DNA of 64,000 nucleotides from an uncultured Gemmatimonadaceae bacterium (GCA_963751275.1 CAVVTZ010000011.1:359529-423528), one strand, 5' to 3'; shown: positions 1 to 9,784, numbered from the stretch's first letter. Numbers and translations: made by a program. The notes: a model not told the origin generated them from the letters alone.

Positions 1-157
1 CGCTCGCGAGGCCGCTCGCGCGGCCGCGCGCGGCGATGCGCTGGAGCACATCCCAGTGGCCCCGGTGCACGCCGTCAAAGGTGCCGACCGTGACCACCGT
101 GCCGGGGGTGTCAGGCGGAAGACCGGAGTCCTTCCAGCTGGCGAAGCGCTCAGGCAT
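1..157 (-). CDS. ribF: Riboflavin kinase/FMN adenylyltransferase RibF, N-terminal fragment (gene runs off the left edge)
   Basis: My own minus-strand translation from the ATG at 157-155 gives MPERFASWKDSGLPPDTPGTVVTVGTFDGVHRGHWDVLQRIAARG. GTFDGVHRGH is the FAD-synthetase nucleotidyltransferase motif. The position after truB is the usual synteny. It is not in the ORF track because there is no stop in the window. Confidence 0.7.
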   Translation of the reverse strand, partial: MPERFASWKDSGLPPDTPGTVVTVGTFDGVHRGHWDVLQRIAARGRASGLAS

Positions 158-1013
158 CGCGCAACACCAGGAAGGGGTGCCACCCGGCGCCTTGCCGGTC
201 GGCGAGCGCGACCAGGTCGCCGGCGGCATCGACCAGCGCGATGCGGTCCGTCGCCGCGGGGACATCGGCGGCGACAGGCATGCCGCGCGCGGCGCGCGCG
301 ACACCGGCCTCGTCGAGCGCGACGGCCGAAAGACTCGCGACCGCCTCGCGCATCGGGCGCAGCGCGCGTTCGCCGTGCTTGAGCGCGTCGAGCGTGGCCG
401 CGTCGTTCACGCGGTAGGCGCCGACCGCGAGGCGGCGAAGCGCGGCGAGATGCGCGGCGCTTCCCGCGGCGCGGCCGAGATCGCGCGCGAGCGACCGGAT
501 GTAGGTTCCGCCCGAGCACGTGATGCGGGCGTCGAGTTCGCCGTCGCGCCACGCGAGCGGCTCCCACGCGTGGACCGTGATCCGCACCGGCTTCAATTCG
601 AGCGGCGTGCCGCGCCGCGCCGCGTCGTAGGCGCGCCGGCCGCCCACCTGCTTCGCGGAGTACGCGGGCGGGAGCTGATCGAGCGGCCCGGTGAGCGACG
701 GCAGCGCCTGGAGCACGCGCCGTTCATCCGGCGGCTCGGCGGCCCGCGTCACCTGTCCGGTGCCGTCGTCCGTATCGGTCTCGCTGCCGAAGCGGATGGT
801 GGCGTCATAGACCTTGGGCTCATCGTCCATGTAGTCGAGCAGGCGCGTCGCGCGGCCGGCGAGCAGGACGAGCAGTCCGGTGGCGAAGGGATCGAGCGTG
901 CCCGCGTGGCCGATGCGGCGGACCCCGAGGGCGCGGCGCGCGATCGCGACGACGTCGTGCGAGGTGATGCCGGCCGGCTTGTCCACGAGGAGCACGCCGT
1001 CAGTCGAGGTCAT
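150..1013 (-). CDS. truB: tRNA pseudouridine(55) synthase TruB
   Basis: 287-aa ORF containing LLVDKPAGITSHDVV...HAGTLDPFATGLLVLL, with the catalytic Asp motif GTLDP. It sits in the rbfA-truB context and starts with ATG at 1013. Confidence 0.93.
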   Translation of the reverse strand: MTSTDGVLLVDKPAGITSHDVVAIARRALGVRRIGHAGTLDPFATGLLVLLAGRATRLLDYMDDEPKVYDATIRFGSETDTDDGTGQVTRAAEPPDERRVLQALPSLTGPLDQLPPAYSAKQVGGRRAYDAARRGTPLELKPVRITVHAWEPLAWRDGELDARITCSGGTYIRSLARDLGRAAGSAAHLAALRRLAVGAYRVNDAATLDALKHGERALRPMREAVASLSAVALDEAGVARAARGMPVAADVPAATDRIALVDAAGDLVALADRQGAGWHPFLVLRDA

Positions 1014-1389
1014 CCTCGCCGGAGGCGGGAGGCTTCTGCCCTTCCTTCACCTGCGTGAGCAGCGTCTCGATGCGCGCGGCGCGCTCGATGGTCGGATCGT
1101 TGTGGAAGGCGATCGTGGGCGCGAAGTGGAGCGTGAGCACCTTGGCCAGTCGCGAGCGCACCGAGGGCGCGATCGCCGCGAGGCCTTCCATCGTCTGGTC
1201 GCGCTCGGCGGCGGTGCCCATGACGCTCACGAAGACCTTGGCGTGGCGCAGGTCGCGCGTGACGTCCACGCCGGTGACCGTGACGAAGCCGACGATGCGC
1301 GGGTCCTTCACGCCGCCGATGAGCACCGTCGCGACCTCTTCGCGGATCGCCTCCGCGACGCGGTCGGCGCGCCGATTGTCCTTGGCCAT
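1000..1389 (-). CDS. rbfA: Ribosome-binding factor A
   Basis: 129 aa, MAKDNRRADRVAEAIREEVATVL...DPRIVGFVTVTGVDVTRDLRHAKVF. Typical RbfA sequence, located between infB and truB. Confidence 0.9.
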   Translation of the reverse strand: MAKDNRRADRVAEAIREEVATVLIGGVKDPRIVGFVTVTGVDVTRDLRHAKVFVSVMGTAAERDQTMEGLAAIAPSVRSRLAKVLTLHFAPTIAFHNDPTIERAARIETLLTQVKEGQKPPASGEDDLD

Positions 1390-1420
1390 CTCTGCCTCCC
1401 CGGTGCGGATCGACGTGCCG

Positions 1421-4138
1421 CTACAGCGTGCGCGCGACCTGCTCCGTGCGATAACACTCGATGCGGTCGCCGATCTTCAGGTCGTTGAAGTTCTCGATCC
1501 CGATGCCGCACTCGAAGCCCTCGCGGACCTCCTTCGCATCGTCCTTGAAGCGGCGCAGGGAGCCGATCACGCCGTCGTACACTTCCACGCCGTCGCGCAC
1601 GACCCGCACGCGGCCCGTGCGATTGATCACGCCGCTGCGCACCATGCAACCGGCGATGACACCGGCCTTCGGCACCTTGAAGAGCTGGAGCACCTCGGCG
1701 TCGCCGAGGATGACTTCGCGCTCCTCGGGGCGCAGGAGGCCGGACAGCGCGGCCTTCACGTCGTCCACCGCTTCGTAGATGATGCGGTAGAGCTTGATGT
1801 CCACGCCCTCGCGATCGGCGGCCGCGCGCGCATTGGTGTCCGGCCGCACGTGGAAGCCGACGATGATCGCCCCCGACGCCTTCGCGAGCAGGATGTCGCT
1901 CTCGGTGATCGCGCCGACGCCGCGGTGCACGACCTCGACCATGACCTCGCTCGTCGTGAGCTGCGCGAGCGCATCGGCCAGCGCTTCGGCCGGCCCGCCC
2001 TGGTCCGCCTTGATGAGCAGCCGCAGGTGGCGCTGCTCGTCGGTCTGCGCCTGTTGCATGAAGTCTTCGAGCGACACGAGCGCGCCGCGCGTGGTGCGGC
2101 GGCTCTTCGCCTCGCGGTCGAGCCGCTGGCGCCGCTGCGCGACATCGCGCGCGTCGGCGGCGTCCACCACCACCACGAGCTGGTCACCGGCCATCGGCAC
2201 GCCCTCGATGCCCAGCACCTGCACCGGGATCGCGGGGCCCGCTTCCTTCACGATGCGCCCGCGCTCGTCGAGCAGCGCGCGCACGCGGCCGGAGAACATG
2301 CCGCAGATGAAGTCCTGCCCCACCTTCAGCGTGCCGCTCTGCACGAGCACCGTCGCGACGGGACCCTTGCCCGGATCGAGCGACGCCTCGACCACCGTGC
2401 CGGTCGCGCGCTTGTTCGGGTTCGCCTTGAGATCGAGGAGCTCGGCCTGCAGGAGGATCTGATCGAGCAGCTCGCTCACGCCCGTCCCCTTCTTGGCGGA
2501 GACGGCCGTGCTGAGCGTGGTGCCGCCGAACTCCTCGAGCACGACGCCGTGCTGGAGGAGATCGGACTTCACCTTCTGCACGTTCGCCTGCGGCAGGTCG
2601 ATCTTGTTGATCGCGACCACGATCGGCACGCCCGCGTTCTTGGCGTGCGAGATCGCTTCGATCGTCTGCGGCATCACCTGGTCATCGGCCGCCACGACGA
2701 GCACGACGATGTCCGTCACCTGCGCGCCGCGCGCGCGCATGGCGGTGAACGCCTCGTGGCCCGGCGTGTCGAGGAAGGTGATGGCCTTGCCGTTGGGCAG
2801 CGTGACGTGATACGCGCCGATGTGCTGCGTGATGCCGCCGGATTCGCCGGCGACCACGCTGGCCTTGCGGATATAGTCGAGCAGCGACGTCTTGCCGTGG
2901 TCGACGTGGCCCATGATCGTGACCACCGGGGGGCGCGGGACCAGATCCTCGGGCTGTTCGACGGCGTCGTCGGTCTCGGCGACGGCCACTTGATACTCCG
3001 CCTCGCGCACGGCCTGGAAGCCGAATTCGCTGGCGATGAGCTCGATCTGATCGAAGTCGAGGCGCTGATTGATGCTGACCATCAGCCCGAGGTTCTTGAG
3101 GGCGAAGCCGACGATCTGCGGACCGGGCACCTTGAGGATGGCGGCCAATTCGCTGACCGTGATGAACTCATTGACGCGGACGGTCGTGCGCTCGCGCTCC
3201 GCCTCGGCCGCGCGCTGCGCCTCCACCTCTTCGCGGTAGGTCGGCTCATCGGACGAGCGGCGGGGGCCGCGGCGCGCGGGCGCGCCACGGATCGCGGTCA
3301 TCGTCTTGGAGATGTTCGCCGTCACCGCTTCCTGGTCCACGGCGCCGCGCTTCCCCTTCTTGCCGCGCTTGCCGCCGCGCTTGTCATCGCGGCGTGCGGG
3401 CATCGCGCCGGAACCGGAACCGGTCGAGCTCGAGGCCGCCGGGCGCGGCGGATACGGCGCGCCACTCGCGATCGGCTTCGGACGCGGCGGGCCGGGCACG
3501 ATCGGGCGCGGGCGCTGCCACTCGGGGGCGGCGGGCGTCGAGTGCGTGGTGGCGTGCGTCGAGTGCGTCGTGGCCGCGGCGGCGGGGCGCTCGGTGCGCG
3601 GCTCGGCGGGCGGCAGCGGGCGCAGGGGCGCGCGCTCGGTCTCGAGCGGTTCGAAGCGCACCGGCGCTTCCACCACGGGCGGCGCCGCGGCGGCCGCTTC
3701 AGCGGCGGCGAACGCGGCCTTCTCGGCGGCCTTCGCGGCGACGGCGGCACCCGCTTCGATGTCGGCCTTCGTGCGGCGGCGGCGCTTGGCTTCCTCGACC
3801 ACCGGCGCGACCGGTTCGGGCGCGGGCTCGGGCGTCTTCTTCGACGGCTTCGCGGACTTCGCGGCGGTCTTCTTCGCGGGCTCGGCGTTCTTCGCGGCGG
3901 CCTCGGGCTCGGCGGCGGCGCCCGCACCACGGCGGCGCCGCGTGGGAGCGGCGGCCGGCTTCTCCTGGCGCGCGCGCTTCTCGCGCTCCCAGCGCGCGCG
4001 GAGGCGCGCGACCTGGTCGTCGGTGAGCGGGCTCAGATGACTGCGCACCGGCACGTCCATCGACCGCAGCATCGAGATCAGCTCGTCGTTGGAGATGCCG
4101 AATTCACCAGCGAGGTCGTGCACGCGAAGCTTGATCAA
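1421..4138 (-). CDS. infB: Translation initiation factor IF-2
   Basis: 905 aa and intact. It has a low-complexity Ala/Pro/Lys-rich N-terminal region, then the GTPase motifs ([24 protein letters not shown]) and the C-terminal IF2 domains. The TTG start forms a TTGA overlap with the upstream stop. Confidence 0.96.
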   Translation of the reverse strand: MIKLRVHDLAGEFGISNDELISMLRSMDVPVRSHLSPLTDDQVARLRARWEREKRARQEKPAAAPTRRRRGAGAAAEPEAAAKNAEPAKKTAAKSAKPSKKTPEPAPEPVAPVVEEAKRRRRTKADIEAGAAVAAKAAEKAAFAAAEAAAAAPPVVEAPVRFEPLETERAPLRPLPPAEPRTERPAAAATTHSTHATTHSTPAAPEWQRPRPIVPGPPRPKPIASGAPYPPRPAASSSTGSGSGAMPARRDDKRGGKRGKKGKRGAVDQEAVTANISKTMTAIRGAPARRGPRRSSDEPTYREEVEAQRAAEAERERTTVRVNEFITVSELAAILKVPGPQIVGFALKNLGLMVSINQRLDFDQIELIASEFGFQAVREAEYQVAVAETDDAVEQPEDLVPRPPVVTIMGHVDHGKTSLLDYIRKASVVAGESGGITQHIGAYHVTLPNGKAITFLDTPGHEAFTAMRARGAQVTDIVVLVVAADDQVMPQTIEAISHAKNAGVPIVVAINKIDLPQANVQKVKSDLLQHGVVLEEFGGTTLSTAVSAKKGTGVSELLDQILLQAELLDLKANPNKRATGTVVEASLDPGKGPVATVLVQSGTLKVGQDFICGMFSGRVRALLDERGRIVKEAGPAIPVQVLGIEGVPMAGDQLVVVVDAADARDVAQRRQRLDREAKSRRTTRGALVSLEDFMQQAQTDEQRHLRLLIKADQGGPAEALADALAQLTTSEVMVEVVHRGVGAITESDILLAKASGAIIVGFHVRPDTNARAAADREGVDIKLYRIIYEAVDDVKAALSGLLRPEEREVILGDAEVLQLFKVPKAGVIAGCMVRSGVINRTGRVRVVRDGVEVYDGVIGSLRRFKDDAKEVREGFECGIGIENFNDLKIGDRIECYRTEQVARTL

Positions 4139-4482
4139 GCCTTCCTCCCTCGGGGCCCCAATGAGCCCGTTTCCGCGACGGCGCGAATGCCGCGCGCCAA
4201 ATTGCGATCGACGATCCCGACTGCCGCCGCGCTCTCACGTCCCACCGCGGCGCCCAGCACGGCGGCGCGCGGCCCTTCCACCACGAAGATCTTCTTCGCC
4301 GCCAGCAGCGGCAGCACTTTCTTGCGGCTGTTCTCCGCCGCGTCCGGAGCGACGATCGCCAACGCGAGCGTGCCGCGCTGCGCCGCCATCCGCACCTGCT
4401 CCACTCCGATCACCGCGCCGCGTCCGCGAACGCCCAGTCCGATGAGACCGAGGAGTTTCTGTTCGCGCCGCTCCGCGTTCAA
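4135..4482 (-). CDS. ylxQ: L7Ae/YlxQ-family ribosomal-protein-like RNA-binding protein
   Basis: The C-terminal 115 aa of ORF 4135..4788 (LLGLIGLGVRGRGAVIGVEQVRMAAQRGTLALAIVAPDAAENSRKKV...) resemble YlxQ/L7Ae. It lies in the conserved nusA-ylxQ-infB position. The TTG at 4482 overlaps the nusA stop (TTGA); the start is uncertain (alternative ATG at MAAQRG). Confidence 0.6.
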   Translation of the reverse strand: MNAERREQKLLGLIGLGVRGRGAVIGVEQVRMAAQRGTLALAIVAPDAAENSRKKVLPLLAAKKIFVVEGPRAAVLGAAVGRESAAAVGIVDRNLARGIRAVAETGSLGPRGRKA

Positions 4483-5828
4483 GACGTCTTCCCATCCTCC
4501 GCGCCGGCGCCGCCGTCGGGCGACTCGCCGCCGCCGTCCTCCGTCGTCAGCTCGTCGATCATCGCCATGATCCGGTCCGCTTCCTCCGGCGCGATGCCGG
4601 GGAGGCGCACGAGATCCTCGCGCTCGAGGTCCATGATGTCGTTCAGCGTCTTGTAGCCCGCTTCCTCGAGCACCGCCACCGTCGCGGGGCCGAGGCCCTC
4701 GATCTCGGAGAGCCGCACGTCCACCACCGCGGCCTCTTCCTCGGGCAGCGGCGCGAAGAGCGGCGTGTCGCCGCCGCGCTCGAGCCACTCACGGCTCGAG
4801 TACAGATCGATCTTCCAGCCGGTGAGCTCGCTCGCGAGCCGCACGTTCTGCCCGTTGCGGCCGATGGCGAGCGAGAGCTGGTCGTCGTCCACGACGGCCT
4901 GGATCGTCTTCGCCACCGGATCGCTGAACACGCGCGCGACGCGCGCCGGCGCGAGCGCCAGCTTCGCGAACCGCTCGGGATCCGACGACCACGGCACGAT
5001 GTCGATCCGCTCGCCGCCCAGCTCGTTCACCACGGCCTGCACGCGCGAGCCCTTGAGGCCGACGCACGCGCCCACGGGATCGATCGCGTCATCCTTCGAG
5101 AAGACGGCGATCTTCGTGCGGCTGCCCACTTCGCGCGCGGTGGCGCGGATCTCCACGATCGCCTGCTGGATCTCCGGCACCTCGAGCTTGAAGAGCGCCA
5201 CGACGAACAGTCCGTCGGCGCGGCTCAGGATCAGGCGCGGTCCCTTGGGCGTCTCCTCGATGCGCTTGAGCACCGCGCGGATGGGCTCGCCCTGGTGATA
5301 GTGCTCGCGGTGATTCTGGTCGCGGTACGGGATGATCGCTTCGGCCTCGCGGAACTTGTTGAGCATCACCACGAGCTTGCCGCGCTCGATCTGCTGCACT
5401 TCGCCGGAGAGCAGCTCGCCGACGCGATCCGTGAACTCGTCGCGGATGCGGGTGCGCTCGCGCTCGCGGACGCGCTGGATGATCCGCTGCTTCGCGGCCT
5501 GCGCGGCGGTGCGGCCGAACTCGGCGAAATCCACGGGTTCCTCGAGCATGTCGCCCGGCTCGAAGCCCTCGTCGTAGATGCGCGCCTCGTCGAGCGAGAC
5601 CTCGCGGCTCGGATCGGTCACTTCCTCCACGACGGCGCGGAGGCGCGTGATCTTGATCTCGCCGGTCTCCTCGTCGATCTTGACCTCGGCCTGGACGGTG
5701 GGTCCGTACTTCTTCGCGAGCGCGGCGAGGATCCCGTCCTCGAGAAGGCTATGCAGCTCCTCGCGGTCGAGTTGCTTGACGTTCGTGATCTCGCGGATCG
5801 CGCTGAGAATCAATGCAGAGCTGACCAT
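4479..5828 (-). CDS. nusA: Transcription termination/antitermination factor NusA
   Basis: 449 aa and intact, with the N-terminal domain, S1 and KH domains (GACVGLKGSRVQAVVNELGGERIDIV) and a C-terminal HhH region. Confidence 0.95.
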   Translation of the reverse strand: MVSSALILSAIREITNVKQLDREELHSLLEDGILAALAKKYGPTVQAEVKIDEETGEIKITRLRAVVEEVTDPSREVSLDEARIYDEGFEPGDMLEEPVDFAEFGRTAAQAAKQRIIQRVRERERTRIRDEFTDRVGELLSGEVQQIERGKLVVMLNKFREAEAIIPYRDQNHREHYHQGEPIRAVLKRIEETPKGPRLILSRADGLFVVALFKLEVPEIQQAIVEIRATAREVGSRTKIAVFSKDDAIDPVGACVGLKGSRVQAVVNELGGERIDIVPWSSDPERFAKLALAPARVARVFSDPVAKTIQAVVDDDQLSLAIGRNGQNVRLASELTGWKIDLYSSREWLERGGDTPLFAPLPEEEAAVVDVRLSEIEGLGPATVAVLEEAGYKTLNDIMDLEREDLVRLPGIAPEEADRIMAMIDELTTEDGGGESPDGGAGAEDGKTS

Positions 5829-5852
5829 CGCGTGCTCCCTCTCCGGTGCTGC

Positions 5853-6311
5853 TCACCAGGTGAACGCCAGCCGCGCTTCCTTGACCTCGGCCAGCGGTAT
5901 GCGCTTCTCCTCGCCACGCCGGGTACGCACCACGGCGGATGCGACGCCCGCTTCCTCTTCGACACCCACGATCACGATCTCTTCCCGCCCGTTCAACGCC
6001 GCGCTCAACACGTTCGCCTTCCGCCCGGCAAAACGGCGCCAATCGGCCGCGGTCTTCAGCGGGCGCTCGACGCCGGGCGACGAGACTTCCAGCACGTAGC
6101 GTTCGCCGAGCACGGGCGCGGCGTCGAGCCGGGCTTCGATCGCGCGCGATGCGGCCGCGCAATCATCCACCGTGACCTTCACACCGTCCCGCCGATCGAT
6201 CCGGATCTCGAGCGTCGGACGCGAACGCGAGCCACCGCGCCGCATCTCGACCAAGTCCAGGCCGAGCGCGTCAAGTTCCGATTCGACAAGCGGTTGCAGA
6301 TCGTCGTTCAC
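5853..6311 (-). CDS. rimP: Ribosome maturation factor RimP
   Basis: ORF 5853..6335 contains VNDDLQPLVESELDALGLDLVEMRRGG...LEVSSPGVERPL, which is RimP-like. I place the start at the GTG at 6311, because the TTG at 6335 lies inside the U-tract of an upstream intrinsic terminator. Confidence 0.85.
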   Translation of the reverse strand: MNDDLQPLVESELDALGLDLVEMRRGGSRSRPTLEIRIDRRDGVKVTVDDCAAASRAIEARLDAAPVLGERYVLEVSSPGVERPLKTAADWRRFAGRKANVLSAALNGREEIVIVGVEEEAGVASAVVRTRRGEEKRIPLAEVKEARLAFTW

Positions 6312-6333
6312 GTTGCGTCGCGGCCTACAGGGC

Positions 6334-6361
6334 AAAAAAAAGCGTGGGGTGAAAACCCCAC
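6334..6361 (-). terminator. Intrinsic (Rho-independent) terminator downstream of pgeF and upstream of rimP
   Basis: The minus strand reads GTGGGGT-TTTC-ACCCCAC followed by GC and T8 (the plus strand shows A8 at 6334-6341 and gtggggtgaaaaccccac at 6344-6361). This is a canonical GC stem plus U-tract. Confidence 0.78.
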
Positions 6362-6422
6362 TGCTCCGCGGTGTACTGCGTCGAGGAGGAATCTAGCGCA
6401 CGTGATGGCGCAGTCAAGGCGG

Positions 6423-6590
6423 GCGACCGAGGCGCGTGTGGGCACGAGTACCGCTGAAAGGGCGCGTCTGGCAAGTGAGCGTATGGTACGCCGTGGCGCG
6501 AGTGGGCCTACGCGCGCTCAGTGGTACCATACGCGCAGTTGCCAGACGCGCTGCTCGAGTGGTACTAAGGCCCAGACGCGCCCCGGTCGC
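6423..6590. repeat. Nested-palindrome intergenic element, copy 1 (REP/MITE-like)
   Basis: The architecture is unit1-unit2-loop-unit2'-unit1'. The inner arms 6462-6489 and 6524-6551 pair at 26/28. The outer arms (gcgaccgaggcgcgtgtggg...agtacc / ggtac...cccagacgcgccccggtcgc) also pair. The element abuts the pgeF stop codon at 6591. It shares the GCGCGTCTGG...GGTAC and GCGCGTGTGGG...AGTACC units with the element at 8650-8802. Confidence 0.8.
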
Positions 6591-7289
6591 TCAGAGCGCC
6601 GCGATCACCGCGAGCTGCCGCCCCGCATCGCCGGCCCGGTGCGAAAAGAATATGCCATGGTCGCACTTCGTGCAGCGCGCGCTCGTGGAGATCCGCACGA
6701 CGCCGGCATCGCGCGCATGCTGAGCGATGAGGCGGCGGAGATCGACCGGCGTTGGTGCGAGGACGCGGCGCCCGGTCAGTTCCGCGAACACGTCCGGGCT
6801 CACCTCGTAGCACTGTCCGCAGATCGACGGGCCGAGGTGCATCACCAGGTCGTGCGGCGCATGACCGGCGCGCCGGAAGGCGGCGATCCCCTGCTCCACG
6901 ATGCGCGCGGCGGTGCCGCGCCAGCCGGAGTGGAGGAGCGCCGTCGCGCCCGAGGGATGCGCGAGGAAGACCGGCACGCAGTCCGCGATCGTGACGGCCA
7001 TCGCGGTGCCGCGCTTCGCCGAGAAGTGGCCGTCGGCGTCGTTCGCGCGCAGCAACCCATCCCACCCGGCGGCGTGCTCGATCACGCGCGTGCCGTGCAC
7101 CTGGTGCGCCGTGGCCAACCGCTCGATGCCCGCCTCGCGGAGACCGGCGCGCAGTCCGTCCCAGCGCGCGAGGATCTCGGCCGCCGGCTCGGTGCTCTGC
7201 CAAGCGAAGCTTCCCGCGGCGCGTGTCGTCGTGAACGCCCGCACGCCGAAGTCCGCGAAGTCCGGGACTTCCTCGTGGGGCGGCAGCAT
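6591..7289 (-). CDS. pgeF: Peptidoglycan editing factor PgeF / YfiH (DUF152, laccase-domain) protein
   Basis: MLPPHEEVPDFADFGVRAFTTTR...AHQVHGTRV...VTIADCVPVFL...HSGWRG...GPSICGQCYEV...CT. The conserved His/Cys/His residues of the YfiH family are present. The ATG at 7289 lies 1 nt after the murA stop. Confidence 0.85.
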   Translation of the reverse strand: MLPPHEEVPDFADFGVRAFTTTRAAGSFAWQSTEPAAEILARWDGLRAGLREAGIERLATAHQVHGTRVIEHAAGWDGLLRANDADGHFSAKRGTAMAVTIADCVPVFLAHPSGATALLHSGWRGTAARIVEQGIAAFRRAGHAPHDLVMHLGPSICGQCYEVSPDVFAELTGRRVLAPTPVDLRRLIAQHARDAGVVRISTSARCTKCDHGIFFSHRAGDAGRQLAVIAAL

Positions 7290-7290
7290 G

Positions 7291-8577
7291 TCAGGCGCGC
7301 TCGACCCGGGTGACGCGGGCGCCGAGCGCGCGCACGCGCTCGTCGATGCGCTCGTAGCCGCGCTCGATCTGGCCGACGTTATTGATCGTGCTCGTGCCCT
7401 CGGCGCAGAGCGCGGCGAGGAGCATCGCCATGCCGGCGCGGATGTCGGGAGACTCGAGCGTCGAGCCACGCAGCGGCGACGGGCCGGCCACGAGGGCGCG
7501 ATGCGGATCGCAGAGCACGATGCGTGCGCCCATCATCGTCAGCTTGTCCACGAAGAAGAGTCTCGACTCGAACATCTTCTCGTGCATCAGGATCAGCCCC
7601 TTGCACTGCGTGGCGGTCACGACCGCGATCGACATGAGATCGGCGGGGAACGCGGGCCACGGCTGGTCCTCGAGCTTGGGCACATGGCCGCCGAGATCGC
7701 TGCGGATCTCGCGGTCCTGCCCCGCGGGCACCACGAGCGCGGTGCCGTCGCTCTGGCAGACGACGCCGAGCCGCTCGAAGCCGAAGCGCACGCTGCGCAA
7801 GTGCTCGAGACCGGCGTCCTCGATGCGGAGCGCGGAGTTGGTGACCGCGGCGAGCCCGATGAAAGAGCCGACTTCGATGTGGTCGGGGCCGATCCGGTGC
7901 GTGGCGCCGCGGAAGCTCTTCGCGCCTTCGATGGTCATCTCGTTCGTGCCGATGCCGGTGATCCGCGCGCCGAGCGAGACGAGGAAGTTGGCGAGGTCCT
8001 GCACGTGCGGTTCGCTCGCGGCGTTGCGGAGGATCGTGCGGCCGCTCGCGGCGGCGGCGGCCATCAGCGCGTTCTCGGTGGCGGTGACGCTGGGCTCGTC
8101 GAGGAAGACGTCGGCGCCCTTCAGCCCCTTGGTGCTGAGATCGTAGTTCGCGCCCACGTCGCACTTGGCGCCGAGCTGCTCGAGCGCGAGGAAGTGCGTG
8201 TCCACGCGGCGGCGTCCGATGACGTCGCCGCCGGGCGGCGGGAGCGTGACGGCGCCGCAGCGCGCGAGCAGCGGCGCGGCGAGGAGGATCGACGCGCGGA
8301 TGCGCGCACACAGCACGGGATCGAGCGCGCTCGCGCGCACATCGCGCGCGTGGATCTTGAGCGTATTGCGCGCGGACCATTCGGCGGTGGCGCCGAGGGA
8401 CACGACGAGCTCGACCAGCGTCTCGACGTCGCGGATCCGCGGCACGTTCTCGAGGGTCACGGGCTGATCGGTGAGCAGCGCGGCGGCGATGATCGGCAGC
8501 GCCGCGTTCTTGTTCCCCGACGGACGGATGGTGCCGGACAGCGTATGTCCGCCTTCGACGATGTAATGCGGGGGCAT
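7291..8577 (-). CDS. murA: UDP-N-acetylglucosamine 1-carboxyvinyltransferase MurA
   Basis: 428 aa and intact, with [27 protein letters not shown] and the C-terminal [11 protein letters not shown]. Confidence 0.95.
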   Translation of the reverse strand: MPPHYIVEGGHTLSGTIRPSGNKNAALPIIAAALLTDQPVTLENVPRIRDVETLVELVVSLGATAEWSARNTLKIHARDVRASALDPVLCARIRASILLAAPLLARCGAVTLPPPGGDVIGRRRVDTHFLALEQLGAKCDVGANYDLSTKGLKGADVFLDEPSVTATENALMAAAAASGRTILRNAASEPHVQDLANFLVSLGARITGIGTNEMTIEGAKSFRGATHRIGPDHIEVGSFIGLAAVTNSALRIEDAGLEHLRSVRFGFERLGVVCQSDGTALVVPAGQDREIRSDLGGHVPKLEDQPWPAFPADLMSIAVVTATQCKGLILMHEKMFESRLFFVDKLTMMGARIVLCDPHRALVAGPSPLRGSTLESPDIRAGMAMLLAALCAEGTSTINNVGQIERGYERIDERVRALGARVTRVERA

Positions 8578-8649
8578 GGATTCCGAGTGAGGGCCAGTGA
8601 CGGAGAATGACGACTCACTACTCGCGCGGTCAAGCGCACTCCCTACTTA

Positions 8650-8802
8650 CGCGTGTGGGGCCTAGTACCACTTGAACCGCGCGTCTGGGAGGCAGCGTGT
8701 GGTACGGCTCGGCGGGAGTAGGACGCCTGACAACTCCCGCCGAGCCGTACCACACGCTGCCTCCCAGACGCGCGGTTCAAGCGGTACTTGTCCCCACACG
8801 CG
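8650..8802. repeat. Nested-palindrome intergenic element, copy 2 (REP/MITE-like)
   Basis: A 43-bp perfect inverted repeat (8677-8719 / 8733-8775) surrounds a 13-nt loop. Flanking 27-bp arms (8650-8676 / 8776-8802) pair at 24/27, giving a ~70-bp stem overall. Weaker pairing extends to about 8641-8812. The sub-unit order is the same as in copy 1, with ~80% unit identity. Confidence 0.85.
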
Positions 8803-8855
8803 TAGTGAGGCGAGCTTTAGAGTCCGGTCACGCGCATCTACGCTAGCTATAGTGT

Positions 8856-9200
8856 ATGCAGCTACTCGTCGCGGTCATCAATCATGCGGAGTTGGTCGAC
8901 GATCTCCTCGCGGCGTTCGTCGAGCTCGGCATCACGGGCGCGACGGTGGTCGACAGCGAGGGGATGGGGCACGTGCTCAGCCAGGACGTGCCGATCTTCG
9001 CCGGCGTCCGGGCGTTGCGCGCCCAGAGCCGCCCCGCGAACCAGACCGTGTTCAGCGTGGTGGACGACGACAAGGTGGACCGCGCGGTCGCCCTGATCCA
9101 GGAGATCTGCGGGAATCTTGACCTGCCGGGCCAGGGGATCGTCTTCACCGTGCCCGTTTCCCGCGTGATCGGCCTCAAAGCGGAGCTCGAGACCAGTTGA
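8856..9200 (+). CDS. Small P-II-like (beta-alpha-beta fold) protein, function unknown
   Basis: 114 aa, MQLLVAVINHAELVDDLLAAFVELGITGATVVDSEGMG...TVFSVVDDDKVDRAVALIQEICG...GIVFTVPVSRV. The pattern resembles GlnB/DarA-like P-II fold proteins. The assignment rests on sequence pattern only. Confidence 0.5.
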   Translation: MQLLVAVINHAELVDDLLAAFVELGITGATVVDSEGMGHVLSQDVPIFAGVRALRAQSRPANQTVFSVVDDDKVDRAVALIQEICGNLDLPGQGIVFTVPVSRVIGLKAELETS

Positions 9201-9784
9201 TCCTTCCCATCGCCCTCTCCTTCGCCCTGTTGGACTCCGCGATGCAGGTGACGCGCACGGAGCCGGGTTGGCTGTGGACGCTCGAGGGGACGGTGGCCGT
9301 CATCATTGCGGTGCTGCTCATCGCGCTGCTGGGTGCGATCGCGCTCCTGATCTGGCGGCTGAGCAAGGCCTTCGAGCGCATCGTGGACGCGGTGGAGAAA
9401 TTCCGCACCGACATCCTGCCGGTGACCGAGAAGGCCGCGTCGATCGCGGAGCATCTCGAAGAGGCCGCGTCGTCGGTGAAGGACTCGGTGGAGGGCGTGA
9501 CCGACACGATCAACACCGCGAACGAGGCGCTGCGCGACGCGGTGGCGACCGCCGACGCGCGATTCCGCGAGTTCGACGCGATCGTGCGGGTGGCGCGCGA
9601 CGAGGCGGAGGATGCCGTGGTGGGCGCCGCGAGCGTGATCCGCGGCGTGCGCGGCGGCGCGTCCGCCTTCCGTCATCGCCGGCCAGCCACTCGTGACGAT
9701 GATGCGGAGGAGCGCGACACCCCGGCACCGCGCCGGCGCGGCGGCCCGCGCGCGCGGCACCAGCGCTCCGGGGACGCGGAGTGA
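9197..9784 (+). CDS. Membrane-anchored coiled-coil protein (DUF948-like)
   Basis: It has an N-terminal TM segment (VAVIIAVLLIALLGAIALLIW), a helical repeat region (IVDAVEKFRTDILPVTEKAASIAEHLEEAASSVKDSVEGVTDTIN) and an Arg-rich tail. The TTG at 9197 overlaps the upstream stop; an alternative ATG lies at 9242. Confidence 0.45.
   Translation: MILPIALSFALLDSAMQVTRTEPGWLWTLEGTVAVIIAVLLIALLGAIALLIWRLSKAFERIVDAVEKFRTDILPVTEKAASIAEHLEEAASSVKDSVEGVTDTINTANEALRDAVATADARFREFDAIVRVARDEAEDAVVGAASVIRGVRGGASAFRHRRPATRDDDAEERDTPAPRRRGGPRARHQRSGDAE

Noticed and set aside
1055-4570. Very long plus-strand ORF (1171 aa) opposite infB. Similar antisense giants occur at 5295..7313, 27689..29080, 35120..37114, 46055..47854 and elsewhere.
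   Set aside because: Their translations are Arg/Ala/Gly/His/Asp-rich low-complexity sequence with no motifs. They mirror well-supported minus-strand genes. This is the typical stop-poor shadow ORF pattern of a ~70% GC genome.
8846-8853. TATAGT hexamer just upstream of the P-II-like ATG as a -10 box or leaderless promoter.
   Set aside because: The hexamer ends only 2 nt before the ATG, too close for a TSS at or before the start codon. No matching -35 was identified.
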